From an uncultured delta proteobacterium (GTDB lineage: Bacteria > Myxococcota > Myxococcia > Myxococcales > Myxococcaceae): 64,000 nt of DNA. Below the pieces are notes generated by a model. That model was not told the origin of the DNA. It saw only the letters and a program-made list of their open reading frames with translations, and did not search any database. Made by a program: the position numbers and the translations under genes. Location of the stretch: contig CAVQKE010000003.1 of NCBI GenBank assembly GCA_963713045.1, positions 224,001 to 288,000 of the forward strand. Reading direction: 5' to 3'. Of this stretch, positions 51,128-61,595 are shown piece by piece (the first letter of the stretch is position 1; every line of letters starts with the position of its first letter).

Positions 51128-51703
51128 ATGCCGCGGCCGCGGGAATTCGACGAAGGTCAGGTGCTCGAAACGGTGCTGAAGACGTTTTGGGCACGTGGCT
51201 ACGAGGGGACCTCTATCGAGGATTTGACACAAGCCACGGGGCTCGCACGGGCGAGTCTCTATGGCGCCTTCGGCGACAAAGGTCGTTTGTTCGAACGGGC
51301 GATCACCCACTACATGGAGCGGCTTGCGGGCTTGACGGCGCTGGTCACTGAAACGGCCTCGGTGCGGGAAGGACTACGAAAGCTGCTCGATCGCTGGATC
51401 GAGATCGCTTGCCCCAAGTCGGGCCCCCGAGGTTGCTTCCTCCTCCTGTCCGCTGGACAAGGCTCAAATGAAAGCGATTTGGCAATCGAACTTGCTGCAA
51501 AATCGAACCATGAGCTTCGGAAGACGCTTGAGGCCGCGATGCGGCGCGGTCAGCAAGCGGGTGAGCTGTCCAGCACCAGCGAGCCGGGCATGCTGGCCGA
51601 ACTGTTTGGCGTGATTCTGCGAGGGTTGGCGACTTCGGCAAGGATCGGCGAGAGCCGTGCTGAGCTTCGGCGTGCTGCTGCGGCTGCGATGGAACTCCTC
51701 TGA
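51128..51703 (+). CDS. TetR family regulator (NemR/ComR-like)
   Basis: MPRPREFD, GYEGTS, SLYGAFGDK and RGCFLL. Confidence 0.9.
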   Translation: MPRPREFDEGQVLETVLKTFWARGYEGTSIEDLTQATGLARASLYGAFGDKGRLFERAITHYMERLAGLTALVTETASVREGLRKLLDRWIEIACPKSGPRGCFLLLSAGQGSNESDLAIELAAKSNHELRKTLEAAMRRGQQAGELSSTSEPGMLAELFGVILRGLATSARIGESRAELRRAAAAAMELL

Positions 51704-51993
51704 ACGCCGAGATACCGCGCTCCTGCTGCAGGCGTGTTTTCGAAGCGTGGCATGGTCCCGAGGCTCCGCGCCATGCGCTCGCAGAGCTTTGGATTGTCCT
51801 GGGCGAGGATGTCCTTAGTGCGGGTGTTGTCCCACACCGCCTGCGCGAACTCCTTTGAGACGAGCTCGAGCTCGGACATGGACTGGTGAGAAAGCACACA
51901 CGGGCAGCGAGGCCGAGCGCGTCCCGTGGCCGCTGAGCGTCGCACTTACCAGGCTGAGCGAGATTGTGTGATGTAATGTGTAAGGAGTCACAC

Positions 51994-52194
51994 GTGGCCA
52001 CCAACCTATCCCTGGACCCGGACTTGCTCGAACGCGCGCTCAAAGTCAGCGGGGAGCGCACCGAGAAGGCAGCCGTGACGCGCGCGCTCGAGGAATTTAT
52101 CGCCAGGCGACGACAGAAACGCCTCGTTGACCTCATGGGCAATCTCGAATGGGACAACTCGTTTGACTTCAAGGCGGAACGGTCGCGGAAATGA
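51994..52194 (+). CDS. vapB: VapB antitoxin
   Basis: ATNLSLDPDLLERA...AVTRALEEFI; RBS AAGGAG. Confidence 0.88.
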   Translation: MATNLSLDPDLLERALKVSGERTEKAAVTRALEEFIARRRQKRLVDLMGNLEWDNSFDFKAERSRK

Positions 52195-52592
52195 ACCTCA
52201 TGGTCGACACGAGCGTCTGGTCGTTGGCGCGGCGGCGTGACCCACCCCTTGTACTGCCGCAGGTCACCGTCCTACCGCAGGCGTTGGAGAGCCAAGCCAT
52301 TGTGGTCACGGCCGGCCTGGTACCTCAGGAGTTGCTACAGGGATTCACCGGTCCTCGCGCTCGAAAGGACATCATCGAGCATTTTGGCGCGCTGCCGATG
52401 ATTACCCCAAGCCGCAAAGACCATATCGTGGCCGCCGAATTGTGGAACACATGTCGCCGTGCGGGCGTCCAGATGGGAACCATCGACGCACTGTTGGCCC
52501 AACTTTGCATTCATCATGGACTGACGTTGCTGACCACCGACAGAGACTTGAGCCATGCTGCCCTGCACTGCCAGTTGAAGGTTTGGGCTTGA
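52191..52592 (+). CDS. vapC: VapC PIN-domain toxin
   Basis: VDTSVW, QELLQG, TIDALLA and LLTTDRD. Confidence 0.88.
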   Translation: MNLMVDTSVWSLARRRDPPLVLPQVTVLPQALESQAIVVTAGLVPQELLQGFTGPRARKDIIEHFGALPMITPSRKDHIVAAELWNTCRRAGVQMGTIDALLAQLCIHHGLTLLTTDRDLSHAALHCQLKVWA

Positions 52593-52942
52593 CCGGCAGT
52601 GACCGGGCTGCGTTGCGAAGTCGATGACGACAAAGGCGGACACGAACTGAGCCAGCCCAGCCCGAACCCATGACCTACGCCGAGTCCTGGAGGGTGGACG
52701 CAAACGCGACGGAGAGGCCGTGCCCAAGAGCTGCTGAACCCGTGCGCCTACTACGGCACAACCATCAGTTCCTGGCACTTGCCGGCACCGTCACGGCAAA
52801 CACTTGGCTTTTGGCTCCCCTGCCCTCCCTTTATGGCTACCGCAGAGCCGGGCAGACGATGGAGCCCAGAGGTTGGTAGCTGATAGAACCAAAACGCACC
52901 CGAGCGTTAGGAATCGGCCATAACCTTGGAGGATGTGTTCGC

Positions 52943-53774
52943 ATGTCGCCCCCGCTGGATTCGACGAAATTCAAATTCGACAATCCCGCGGTGCCTTCAC
53001 GGTACGACGATCTCCTCGTGCCGAGGCTCTTTCGGCCGTGGGCAAAACTGTTGCTGGACGAGCTTCAACTGCTCCCGGGGGAGTGCGTGGTTGACGTCGC
53101 CGCTGGACCCGGGACCGTGGCAGGGCTGGCTGCAGAGCGCATCGGTCGCACCGGGCGGGTCATCGCCACCGACATATCGCCGCCCATGCTCGCCGTCGCC
53201 CGCTCGAAACCCCACCCAGCAGGCAGCGCTTCGATCGAGTACGTCGAGAGTGGTGCCGCGCCGTTGCTTGTCGCGGACAGCGTTGCCGATGTTGTTTGCT
53301 GTCAGCAGGGACTGCAATTTTTCCCCGACCGCCTCGGCGCTCTCCGGGAAATGCACCGAGTTCTGAAGCCAACAGGCCGCCTGGGGGTTGCTGTATGGGA
53401 TGAACTTCCGACCTGCACCATTTGGTTGGCGTATCATCGCGCCCTCGCGGCGGTGGGCCTCGACGACTTGGCCCAAATGCTCCGTGCCCCTTTTTCGTGG
53501 GGAAGCCTCGATACCTCTGCGAGAGGCCTTGACCTCGGCTACTTTCAAACACGTCGCTGCCGAAACACGCTCGTTGCCGATTGTGTTTGAGGGCGGAATC
53601 GACCAAGCCTTCGACGGTCTCTACGCCCAGCCGGTTGGGCCGGTCATCGCATCCCTCCCAGAAGCGTCTCGCGGCCGTCTCCGTGCAGCGCTCGCCAAAC
53701 AGCTGACGCCCTTACTGGAGGATGGAAGGATGCGGGGGGTAATGGCATCGCACCTAGCCATTGCTAAGGTGTAG
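52943..53774 (+). pseudogene. Class I SAM methyltransferase, frameshifted
   Basis: VDVAAGPG and CQQGLQFFPDR; the C-terminus continues in another frame after about 53520. Confidence 0.8.
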
Positions 53775-53994
53775 GCGTTGCCTCAAATCCAGGCAGCCCG
53801 CTGATACGCTCCTTGGGGGACGCGGTCATGTAGATTTCTTGCCATAGACGGGGATAGGCAATGCCGCGCTGCGGCGCACTTAGACACTCCGCGGGGCTGA
53901 GAGTGAGGTCGACGGATTTTCGTTCTCGGATCCGGGGCCCGCCGCTCGTTTCCCTATGGCCTACAAAGTTGGCTTGGCGCGGCCCGCCTCGACG

Positions 53995-55566
53995 CTACGC
54001 CGACGCCGGAGGAACGAAGGACATCGCCCGCTCCGCCAGCGCGGTGATGGTCAGCGCCGGGTTCACTCCCGGGTTGGCGGAAATGGCCGAACCGTCGATC
54101 ACGTAGAGTCCTTCGTAGCCAAAGACGCGGTGCTTGTCGTCGATGACGCCCTCGCCGGCGCTCGCGCCCATGCAGGCGCCGCCGAGAATGTGCGCGGTGG
54201 TCGGCGTGCCCAGGACCGTCTCGCTAATGAGGCTCTCCGCGAAGCCGTCGATCTTCTCCTCCACCCTGTGCGCCAGCGCGGTCGCCTCGGGGATGGCCGC
54301 GGTCGGCGCCGGGCCCTCGGCGAGCGCGGTGGTGAGGCCGAGCGCGCCCAGCCGCAAGCGTAAATGGCCTTCGAGCGTGCGCATGAAGAGGAGGATCATC
54401 GTCCGTTTAGCCCAGTCGTCGACGAAATAAGCGCGCAAGAAGCGGAGCGGATGGCGGAGCAACTTCATGAGCACGCGCAGGAGCCGCAAAGGCGCGCTCT
54501 CACCCGGCACGTGCGGTGACATCAGCAGACGGAAAAAGCCCGATCCTTTCGCGTAACGGACAGGCTCGACGTGCGAGTGCTCGTCGGTGTGGAGGATGCT
54601 GGTGATGGCGATCCCCTCGGACAGGTCACGATCGGCGCGGGTTGTCACGCCGATGAGCGACTCCGAGTTGGTGCGGACGAACGAACCCAGCCGTTCGGAC
54701 AGCCGCGGCAGCCCCCGCGGGCTCGCCTTGAGCTTGAGCAGGAGCGGCAGAGTGCCGAGCACACCTCCGGAGAAAATGACCTTGTGCGCAGTGAACGACC
54801 GTTTGCGCTTGCCAAACAAGCCGCTGCCTGTGACGGCGTCAACGCGATAGCCGCCGCCCTCGGGCACGCTCACCCAGGTAACTTCTGTGTCGGCCTCGAT
54901 CTTCAGGCCACGCTTCTCGGCGAGGTAGAGGTAGTTCTTGTCGAGCGTGTTCTTGGCATTGTGCCGGCAGCCGGTCATGCACGCGCCGCACTCGATGCAT
55001 CCGGAGCGCTCCGGCCCCTCGCCGCCGAAATACGGGTCGGGCACCGTCTTGCCTGGCTCGCCGAAGTAGACTGCCACGCGCGTCGACCGGAACTGATCGG
55101 CCCGGCCGATATCCCTGGCGACATCGCGCAACACCTTGTCTGAATAGGTCTCGTGCGGGTACTGCGTCACGCCCAGCATGCGAAGCGCCGTCGCGTAGTG
55201 CGGCTCGAGCTCCCTCTTCCAGTCGGCCAGGTGTCCCCAGGACGGGGCGGCGAAGAAATCGTCCTCCGGCGTAGGCAGCGTGTTGGCGTAGACGAGAGAG
55301 CCCCCGCCCACCCCCACGCCCGAGAGGACCGTCACGTGGCGCAGGAAGGTCATCTTGAAGATTCCGCGGCAGCCGAGCGCTGGCAGCCAGAGCCAACGGA
55401 GGAGGTTCCAGTTGGAGCGGGGGAAATCCTCGGCGCGGAAGCGGCGGCCCTTCTCCACTACGAGGACCCGGTAGCCCTTCTCCGTGAGGCGAAGCCCGCA
55501 GACGCTGCCGCCGAAGCCGGAGCCGATAATGACGTAATCCCAGTCCACGAGGTGCGCTCTTATCAA
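53995..55566 (-). CDS. GMC oxidoreductase, cholesterol oxidase ChoD-like
   Basis: IGSGFGG, GVGGGSLVYAN, CIECGACMTGC, TAHILGG and NPALTITALAER; start may be 55548. Confidence 0.9.
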   Translation of the reverse strand: MIRAHLVDWDYVIIGSGFGGSVCGLRLTEKGYRVLVVEKGRRFRAEDFPRSNWNLLRWLWLPALGCRGIFKMTFLRHVTVLSGVGVGGGSLVYANTLPTPEDDFFAAPSWGHLADWKRELEPHYATALRMLGVTQYPHETYSDKVLRDVARDIGRADQFRSTRVAVYFGEPGKTVPDPYFGGEGPERSGCIECGACMTGCRHNAKNTLDKNYLYLAEKRGLKIEADTEVTWVSVPEGGGYRVDAVTGSGLFGKRKRSFTAHKVIFSGGVLGTLPLLLKLKASPRGLPRLSERLGSFVRTNSESLIGVTTRADRDLSEGIAITSILHTDEHSHVEPVRYAKGSGFFRLLMSPHVPGESAPLRLLRVLMKLLRHPLRFLRAYFVDDWAKRTMILLFMRTLEGHLRLRLGALGLTTALAEGPAPTAAIPEATALAHRVEEKIDGFAESLISETVLGTPTTAHILGGACMGASAGEGVIDDKHRVFGYEGLYVIDGSAISANPGVNPALTITALAERAMSFVPPASA

Positions 55567-55930
55567 AGAGGGGAGCCCCGGGGGGCTTCGCGAGCGCGTT
55601 CTCGGGCGTCGGCAAGCGGGCCACGGGCAGGCCTCAGGAGAGAGTCACGGCAGAACGCCGGAAACGAGGACGCACCCGCAGCCCGGGTCCACGCCAGGAC
55701 TCGGAAGCTCATTGCATCACGAGAAGGGGAGCCAAGCGTCGTAGCCCTAGGCGCCATTCCGATGCGGAAGCTTGAAACGATCGGGCGTCAGGTTCAGCGC
55801 CAAGCGTGCGCCCATCTACCGATTTTCCCGCAAAGCGTGCGCGAGAACCCAGTGGACTGCATAACGCTCCTCTGAGCCTCCGGGAGCAAAAATTGCAGCA
55901 CTTTCATAGGCCCACGTCGGGAGGCTCTCT

Positions 55931-56716
55931 ATGCGAGCGCTGAGAGAAACCCTTTTTTTCAGCCTGTTCACTCTGTCGATCGTGCTGACGGGTTGTTCAA
56001 AGCCCGAAGATCCGGCGGTGCTTCACCGAGCTCTAGGCAACGACTATGCAGGGAAGGCCGACTGGGCAGCGGCCGCAAAAGAGTATGGGCTTTCGCTGCA
56101 AGCGAATCCACACGACCGCAAGGTGTGGGAACTGAAAGCCTACGCGCACCTCACGCTTGGCCAACTGCGCCAAGCCGCGGAGAGCCTGGCGAAGTCGGCG
56201 GAGTACACGTCGGATCCAATCGCCAAGGCCGAGGCGTATCGACTTGTTGCAAGCATGTACATCGAACATAGAGAATTCGATGAAGCAGAGAAGGCCTTCG
56301 CTGACGCATTAAAATTCGACCCGCGCGATGAGCTTACCTTGTCATGGCTGGGGGAAATTGCGTCCGCCCGCGGCGGCGCCCGATCGATGACAGATCCACC
56401 GAATCGGGTTTGGTTGACGAAGGCGATCGCATATTACGATCAAGCAATCTCAGTGAATCCAAACAACCTCTTCTCGTACGTCAACAAACGTATCGCACTT
56501 CTCAAGTACATTGTGTTTGAACAACAAGAGAAAGTTCTGGCGGATCGGCTCATTCAGCTCGAGCGTAGGGATGCCCCCAAAGTGGCCGCGGCGCGGATAC
56601 GCCTGACTGAATCCGCGGCGCGAATTGAAGATTTCGAAAAAGAGATTGAAGGACTGAGCAAGAAGATCACCGAGCTGCAGGCAGCGCAGAAGGCTAACAA
56701 GCACAGCACGAGCTAA
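55931..56716 (+). CDS. TPR-repeat lipoprotein
   Basis: Lipobox VLTGC, TPR-like helices and RBS GGAGG. Confidence 0.8.
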   Translation: MRALRETLFFSLFTLSIVLTGCSKPEDPAVLHRALGNDYAGKADWAAAAKEYGLSLQANPHDRKVWELKAYAHLTLGQLRQAAESLAKSAEYTSDPIAKAEAYRLVASMYIEHREFDEAEKAFADALKFDPRDELTLSWLGEIASARGGARSMTDPPNRVWLTKAIAYYDQAISVNPNNLFSYVNKRIALLKYIVFEQQEKVLADRLIQLERRDAPKVAAARIRLTESAARIEDFEKEIEGLSKKITELQAAQKANKHSTS

Positions 56717-56742
56717 CCCCGTCGGCCTGTGGATGGCTTCTC

Positions 56743-56803
56743 GTGCCGCGCCAGCGAAACCCGGGCGCGCCAGCTCAACTGCGCTGGCACGCGGCTTTCG
56801 CTT
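56743..56803. repeat. Palindromic REP-like element, copy 2
   Basis: Reverse complement of about 21578-21635 with few differences. Confidence 0.75.
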
Positions 56804-56976
56804 CGTCGCATCGATCCCTACCAACTGGGGGATGGAACGACCACCGGGCATTCGCCCGAGAATACTTCCTTCAGGGCTGTTTGCCTCACGAATCTAGAGT
56901 GCGAGATCAGCATCTGCACCCAAGGACGGTTTTCGTCGTTCGGAGCTTCGATGCCTTCGATGGTTCTCGTGGAGAT

Positions 56977-58581
56977 TCAGCGCGAGGGCTGAGAAAGGTG
57001 CCCGCGCTTGGCTTCGGCGTCGAGCACCGTCAGGGTGTGGCCGTAGAGAGCCTCGGCCTCGTCTCGGCTACTGCCGATGGCAGTCAGCCCCACCTTGCCG
57101 TATTGCGAAAGCGCTCCCACCATGTGGAAGAGGACGCCTTGGCCTCGAGCTGAGTCGTAGTGGAGGCGGTTGTACGTCATGATGTCGAACAGGTCCTCGG
57201 GTAGTAGCCCTTTGTAAGCATCCGACTTGAGATTGTCCGTCGAGCGGTAGAACCTGGCTCCGCTCTTCGGAGTCTGAAACAGGCCTGTCGTCGGGTCCAA
57301 CTTCCCCTCCACGAGGAAGCGCAACGCGAGAAACGGGTGAGTGGTTCCCCCCATGCGCAGATTGACTTCGACCGCGCGCACATTCCAGGGCCGGTTGTGG
57401 CTGGCCCGGGTGACAACGAAATCCACCGAGAAGCGGCTGATGACGTTGGAGGCCGCGAGCACCTCTCCAATGCGCAGGCCGGCTTCCTGAATGACTCGCC
57501 GGTAACTGTCGTTCGCCGGAAATCGACAGCCTAGGTAAACCTGGCTGAACGGGCCGCCCAATATCTGGTCATGGGTGGAGATGAGAATGACTTGGCGACG
57601 CGGGTTGATGCGCAGCTGCACGCTGGGTGAGGCGCACTCGGCCCCCTCGCAGAACTCTTCGACGATGCCGCCCGTCTTCGCGTAGGCGTCCCAATAGCCC
57701 TCGATCGTCTGGCCGGGGGCAGAAAAACTCACGCGCTCGAGCGCGTCACGGACTGCCTGTCGTCCAGGTTGCTCGGGGTAGTGGAAGATGGCGTTTCCCT
57801 CCCCGGAGAAGCCCTCGTCCAGCTTCACGACCGCCTTCTTCAGTCCTGGCCGCCGCTCTTGCAGCTCAACCAACGCTTTCTGCACATCGTCCAAGCTGTG
57901 CAAGTCCTCGAAGCCGGCCGGAACATCCACTCCGGCGGCCCGAAAAATCTTTCGGCCGCCCGACTTCGAGCCGAGGTGGCGCAGGTTCGGGTCCAAGCCA
58001 TTCATCGGAAGGTCGAGCAGCACGGCGAGCCGACGCTCCAGCGGAGTGGAGTTGAAGACACTGAGGTAAGCCCGCGACTGGTCGGGGATGCCCGCACGGA
58101 TGCGCTCGATGAGCCGTGGCCGCTCAAGAATCTTCTCGGTGAGGGGGCGCGGCGAGCCATCATTGGCCGACAGCATCGTCAGCCGGCTCCGGGCATGGCT
58201 CGCGGGCACGCCGGCCAGGAACTGGAGGTAGTACTCGAGCACCAACGGGTGGAGCGGCTGGGAGGTGACATACACGAGGTGGGCTTTGGGGTTGCGCAGC
58301 CGGATGAGGAGAAACAGCAGCCGCTCTTCGTAAAACGAGACGCCCTCGACCTTCTTAAGGCCAGCCGAGTCGAGTGTCAGCGAGGGGACGACGACCGACG
58401 TGTAGTGGTCCTCGTCGCCAGGGAAGATGGTTTCCCAAAGGATGCCAAGTCTGGGCTTGAGCGCCTCGAACGCTGCGGCTTCCGCCTTCGGACTCAGTTC
58501 CCAGGCGAAGGGGGGCTTGGGAATCACGGCGGCCAGCTTGGCCGGGACTGGCCTCGAACTCAAACGCCCCATCCGGCGCAT
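56977..58581 (-). CDS. PGM1-related ATP-grasp peptide ligase
   Basis: VVVPSLTLD, YEERLLFLL, KLDEGFSGEGNA, STHDQILGG and EVNLRMGGTTHP; start may be 58527. Confidence 0.85.
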   Translation of the reverse strand: MRRMGRLSSRPVPAKLAAVIPKPPFAWELSPKAEAAAFEALKPRLGILWETIFPGDEDHYTSVVVPSLTLDSAGLKKVEGVSFYEERLLFLLIRLRNPKAHLVYVTSQPLHPLVLEYYLQFLAGVPASHARSRLTMLSANDGSPRPLTEKILERPRLIERIRAGIPDQSRAYLSVFNSTPLERRLAVLLDLPMNGLDPNLRHLGSKSGGRKIFRAAGVDVPAGFEDLHSLDDVQKALVELQERRPGLKKAVVKLDEGFSGEGNAIFHYPEQPGRQAVRDALERVSFSAPGQTIEGYWDAYAKTGGIVEEFCEGAECASPSVQLRINPRRQVILISTHDQILGGPFSQVYLGCRFPANDSYRRVIQEAGLRIGEVLAASNVISRFSVDFVVTRASHNRPWNVRAVEVNLRMGGTTHPFLALRFLVEGKLDPTTGLFQTPKSGARFYRSTDNLKSDAYKGLLPEDLFDIMTYNRLHYDSARGQGVLFHMVGALSQYGKVGLTAIGSSRDEAEALYGHTLTVLDAEAKRGHLSQPSR

Positions 58582-58787
58582 CCTTCAAGCTGCCGTGGCT
58601 CCGTCGCTTATTTGCGCCTCTTGCAGCGCCTAGCTGTGCGCCTCGCCAAAGCTCGCCCGGATGTCGAGAGAGGGAGCTCCAGGCGGTGTCGGCTAGAAAC
58701 CCCTGCCGACCTCCTCGCCTGGACTCCAAAGTGCGGTGAGTAGCCGCGGTCGTTCGACGAACCCACAGCATGGCGCCGACTGTTCCA

Positions 58788-61595
58788 TCAGTGTCTGCGC
58801 AGATGGCGCCGAGAAGGGGTGCCAATCCGCCCAGCGTCGCCCTTCCTGAATGCGAGGGCGGCGTGCGCCGCGGCGAGCCGCGCCGCAGGCACTCGGAAAG
58901 GTGAGCAAGAGACGTAGCTCAACCCGAGTCGGTGGCAAAGGGCGATGCTTTTCGGGTCTCCTCCGTGCTCGCCGCAGATGCCAATCTCCATGTTTGGGCG
59001 AGTGGTGCGCCCGCGGTTCACCGCGGTCGCCATGAGCTGCCCCACCCCGCGCTCGTCGAGAGTGACGAACGGGTTCTCGGCGAAGACACCTTTCTGCAGG
59101 TACTCGAGCAGGAAGCCGGTCTCGGCGTCGTCGCGCGAGATGCCGAAGGTGGTTTGGGTGAGGTCGTTCGTCCCGAAGGAAAAGAACTGTGCATAGACGG
59201 CGACTTGGTCCGCGGTGAGTGCCGCCCGCGGGACCTCAACCATCGTCCCGAACTGATAGCTCACCTCCTGCCCGCGTTCAGCCATCACCTGGCGTGCAGC
59301 AGTCTCGAGCATTCCCTGCTCAATCTTCAGCTCGCTGCTGTGGGCAACGAGGGGAATCATAATTTTCGGGCGGACCTTGACGCCGTCCTGCTGGCAGTTG
59401 CACGCCGCTTCGAAAATGGCCCGCACTTGCATGGTCACGAGCTCTGGCATGTGAATGCCTAGTCGGACGCCGCGCAGCCCGAGCATCGGGTTCTGTTCGC
59501 GCAACGCGCCCACCGCAGTGAGCAGGGTGCGCTTGGAGCGGAGCTCCTTCTCCAATTCCGCCGCCTCTCCGTCTTTGAGACGGACCCGCGTCTCCAGCTC
59601 GGCGACGGCGCGCACTAGCTCGTCATGCGCTGGCAGGAATTCGTGGAGCGGCGGATCGATGAGCCGGATGACCACCGGTTTCCCACCCATCGCCCGGAAG
59701 AGCCCCTCGAAGTCGCTCCGCTGCATGGGAAGGAGCTGGGCGAGAAGGGGCGAGCGCTGCTCCGCGCTCCGGGACAGAATGAGCTTCTGAACAAGCGGCA
59801 GCCGGTCCGTCTCGAAGAACATATGCTCGGTGCGGCACAGGCCAATCCCCTCTGCACCCAGAGCGCGGGCGCGCTCGGCGTCGCGTGGGTAATCGGCGTT
59901 GGCCCACACCTCCAGGGTGCGAACGCGGTCCGCCCAGCCGAGAAGCTCGAGCAGGAAGGGGTCGTCGAGGGACGCGACGAGTGTCGGCAGGCGGCCGAGG
60001 AAGACTTCACCGGTCGTCCCGTCGATGGACACCCAGTCGCCTTCCTGGAGCTTCACCGGCGACCGCTTGACCTCCGCGACGCGACGCTCAGCGTCAATCT
60101 CTAGGGCCAGCGCGCCCACCACAGCGGGCTTTCCGAATTGTCGCGCCACCAGCGCGGCGTGGCTCGTTCGACCGCCACGGCTGGTGAGAACTCCCCGGGC
60201 GGCGAGGAGTCCGTGGACGTCATCCGGCTTGGTTTCGGCGCGGATGAGAATGACCTCGCGCTTCTCCTTCGCCCAGCGCTCGGCCGTGTCAGCGTCGAAG
60301 GCGAGCTGTCCGGTGGCCGCTCCGGGAGAGACGTTGAGCCCAGAGGCGACCAGCCGCCCGTCGGCGCGGGCGGCGCGCATCGCGTCGGGGTCGAACTGTG
60401 GATGGAGAAAGATGTCGACCTGGCCGGGCGCCACCCGCTGCAACGCCTCCGCGCGGGTCACGAGCCGCGCGCGAGCGAGCTCGACGGCGATACGGACGGC
60501 CGCCCGTGCGGTGCGCTTGGCGTCCCGCGTCTGCAGCATCCACAGCTTCCCGTGCTCGATGGTGAATTCGATGTCCTGGACTTCGCGGTAGTGACGTTCG
60601 AGGAGCCGGGAAATCCGTACGAGCTCGCGGAAGGCCGATGGCATCTCCGCACGCAGCCCTGCAATGCGCTTGGTGGTCCGGGTTCCCGCGACGACGTCCT
60701 CGCCCTGAGCGTTGGTGAGGTAATCCCCTTCGAGCTCGTTCTCCCCAGTGGAGACGTTCCGGGTAGTGGCCACCCCCGTCCCTGAGTCCCGTCCCATGTT
60801 TCCGAAGACCATCACGACGATGTTCACCGCAGTTCCGAGGTCATCGGGGATGCCCGCTGCCCTGCGGTAGTCCTGAGCGCGCTTGCCCTTCCAGGAGCGG
60901 AAGACGGCTTCGGTGGCAAGCCGGAGCTGCTCGAAGGGGTCGGAGGGAAACTCCCGGCCCGTCTCGGTACGGACGATGGTGCGAAAGCGAGTCGTGATGT
61001 CCTGGAGGTCCTGTGCCGAAAGTTCGGAGTCATTCTGCACACGGCGCCTCTGTCGAAAGTCACCGAGAAGCTCCTCGAAGTGCTTGTCCTGGACGCCGAG
61101 CACGACTGACCCGTACATCTGTATCAAGCGGCGATAGGCGTCCCAGGCGAAGCGCGCGTCACGGGTCAGGCTCGCCAGACCAACCACTGTCTCGTCGTTG
61201 AGGCCGATGTTGAGCACCGTGTCCATCATTCCCGGCATGGAGACCTTTGCACCGGAGCGGCAAGAGACGAGCAACGGGTTGGCCGTGTCGCCGAAGCGTT
61301 TCCCGGTGCGACGCTCCAGCTCGTGCAGCGCCGAGACCTCCTCATCCCAAAGTCTCGGCGGCCACTCGCCAGCGGTCAGAAAAGCACGACACGCGTCCGT
61401 GGTGAGGGTGAATCCTGGAGGGACGGGCAACCCCAGTCCGGTCATCTCGGCCAAGTTCGCGCCCTTGCCGCCGAGCAACGCCCGGACAGCATCCCTCGTT
61501 CTCTCGTGTCGCCTCACCCGGTCGAACTCGTCGAAGCGGTACACCCAGCGGGTACTCTGTCTGCGGGGCCGTTTCCTTGATGTTGTTCTCGCCAT
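58788..61595 (-). CDS. ppdK: Pyruvate, phosphate dikinase
   Basis: LLGGKGANLAEM, SMPGMMDT, GGRTSHAA (phospho-His), GLCRTEHMF and GICGEHGG. Confidence 0.97.
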   Translation of the reverse strand: MARTTSRKRPRRQSTRWVYRFDEFDRVRRHERTRDAVRALLGGKGANLAEMTGLGLPVPPGFTLTTDACRAFLTAGEWPPRLWDEEVSALHELERRTGKRFGDTANPLLVSCRSGAKVSMPGMMDTVLNIGLNDETVVGLASLTRDARFAWDAYRRLIQMYGSVVLGVQDKHFEELLGDFRQRRRVQNDSELSAQDLQDITTRFRTIVRTETGREFPSDPFEQLRLATEAVFRSWKGKRAQDYRRAAGIPDDLGTAVNIVVMVFGNMGRDSGTGVATTRNVSTGENELEGDYLTNAQGEDVVAGTRTTKRIAGLRAEMPSAFRELVRISRLLERHYREVQDIEFTIEHGKLWMLQTRDAKRTARAAVRIAVELARARLVTRAEALQRVAPGQVDIFLHPQFDPDAMRAARADGRLVASGLNVSPGAATGQLAFDADTAERWAKEKREVILIRAETKPDDVHGLLAARGVLTSRGGRTSHAALVARQFGKPAVVGALALEIDAERRVAEVKRSPVKLQEGDWVSIDGTTGEVFLGRLPTLVASLDDPFLLELLGWADRVRTLEVWANADYPRDAERARALGAEGIGLCRTEHMFFETDRLPLVQKLILSRSAEQRSPLLAQLLPMQRSDFEGLFRAMGGKPVVIRLIDPPLHEFLPAHDELVRAVAELETRVRLKDGEAAELEKELRSKRTLLTAVGALREQNPMLGLRGVRLGIHMPELVTMQVRAIFEAACNCQQDGVKVRPKIMIPLVAHSSELKIEQGMLETAARQVMAERGQEVSYQFGTMVEVPRAALTADQVAVYAQFFSFGTNDLTQTTFGISRDDAETGFLLEYLQKGVFAENPFVTLDERGVGQLMATAVNRGRTTRPNMEIGICGEHGGDPKSIALCHRLGLSYVSCSPFRVPAARLAAAHAALAFRKGDAGRIGTPSRRHLRRH

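Noticed and set aside
58581..58790. Precursor peptide for the PGM1-like ligase
   Set aside because: No short ORF with a convincing RBS or peptide pattern.
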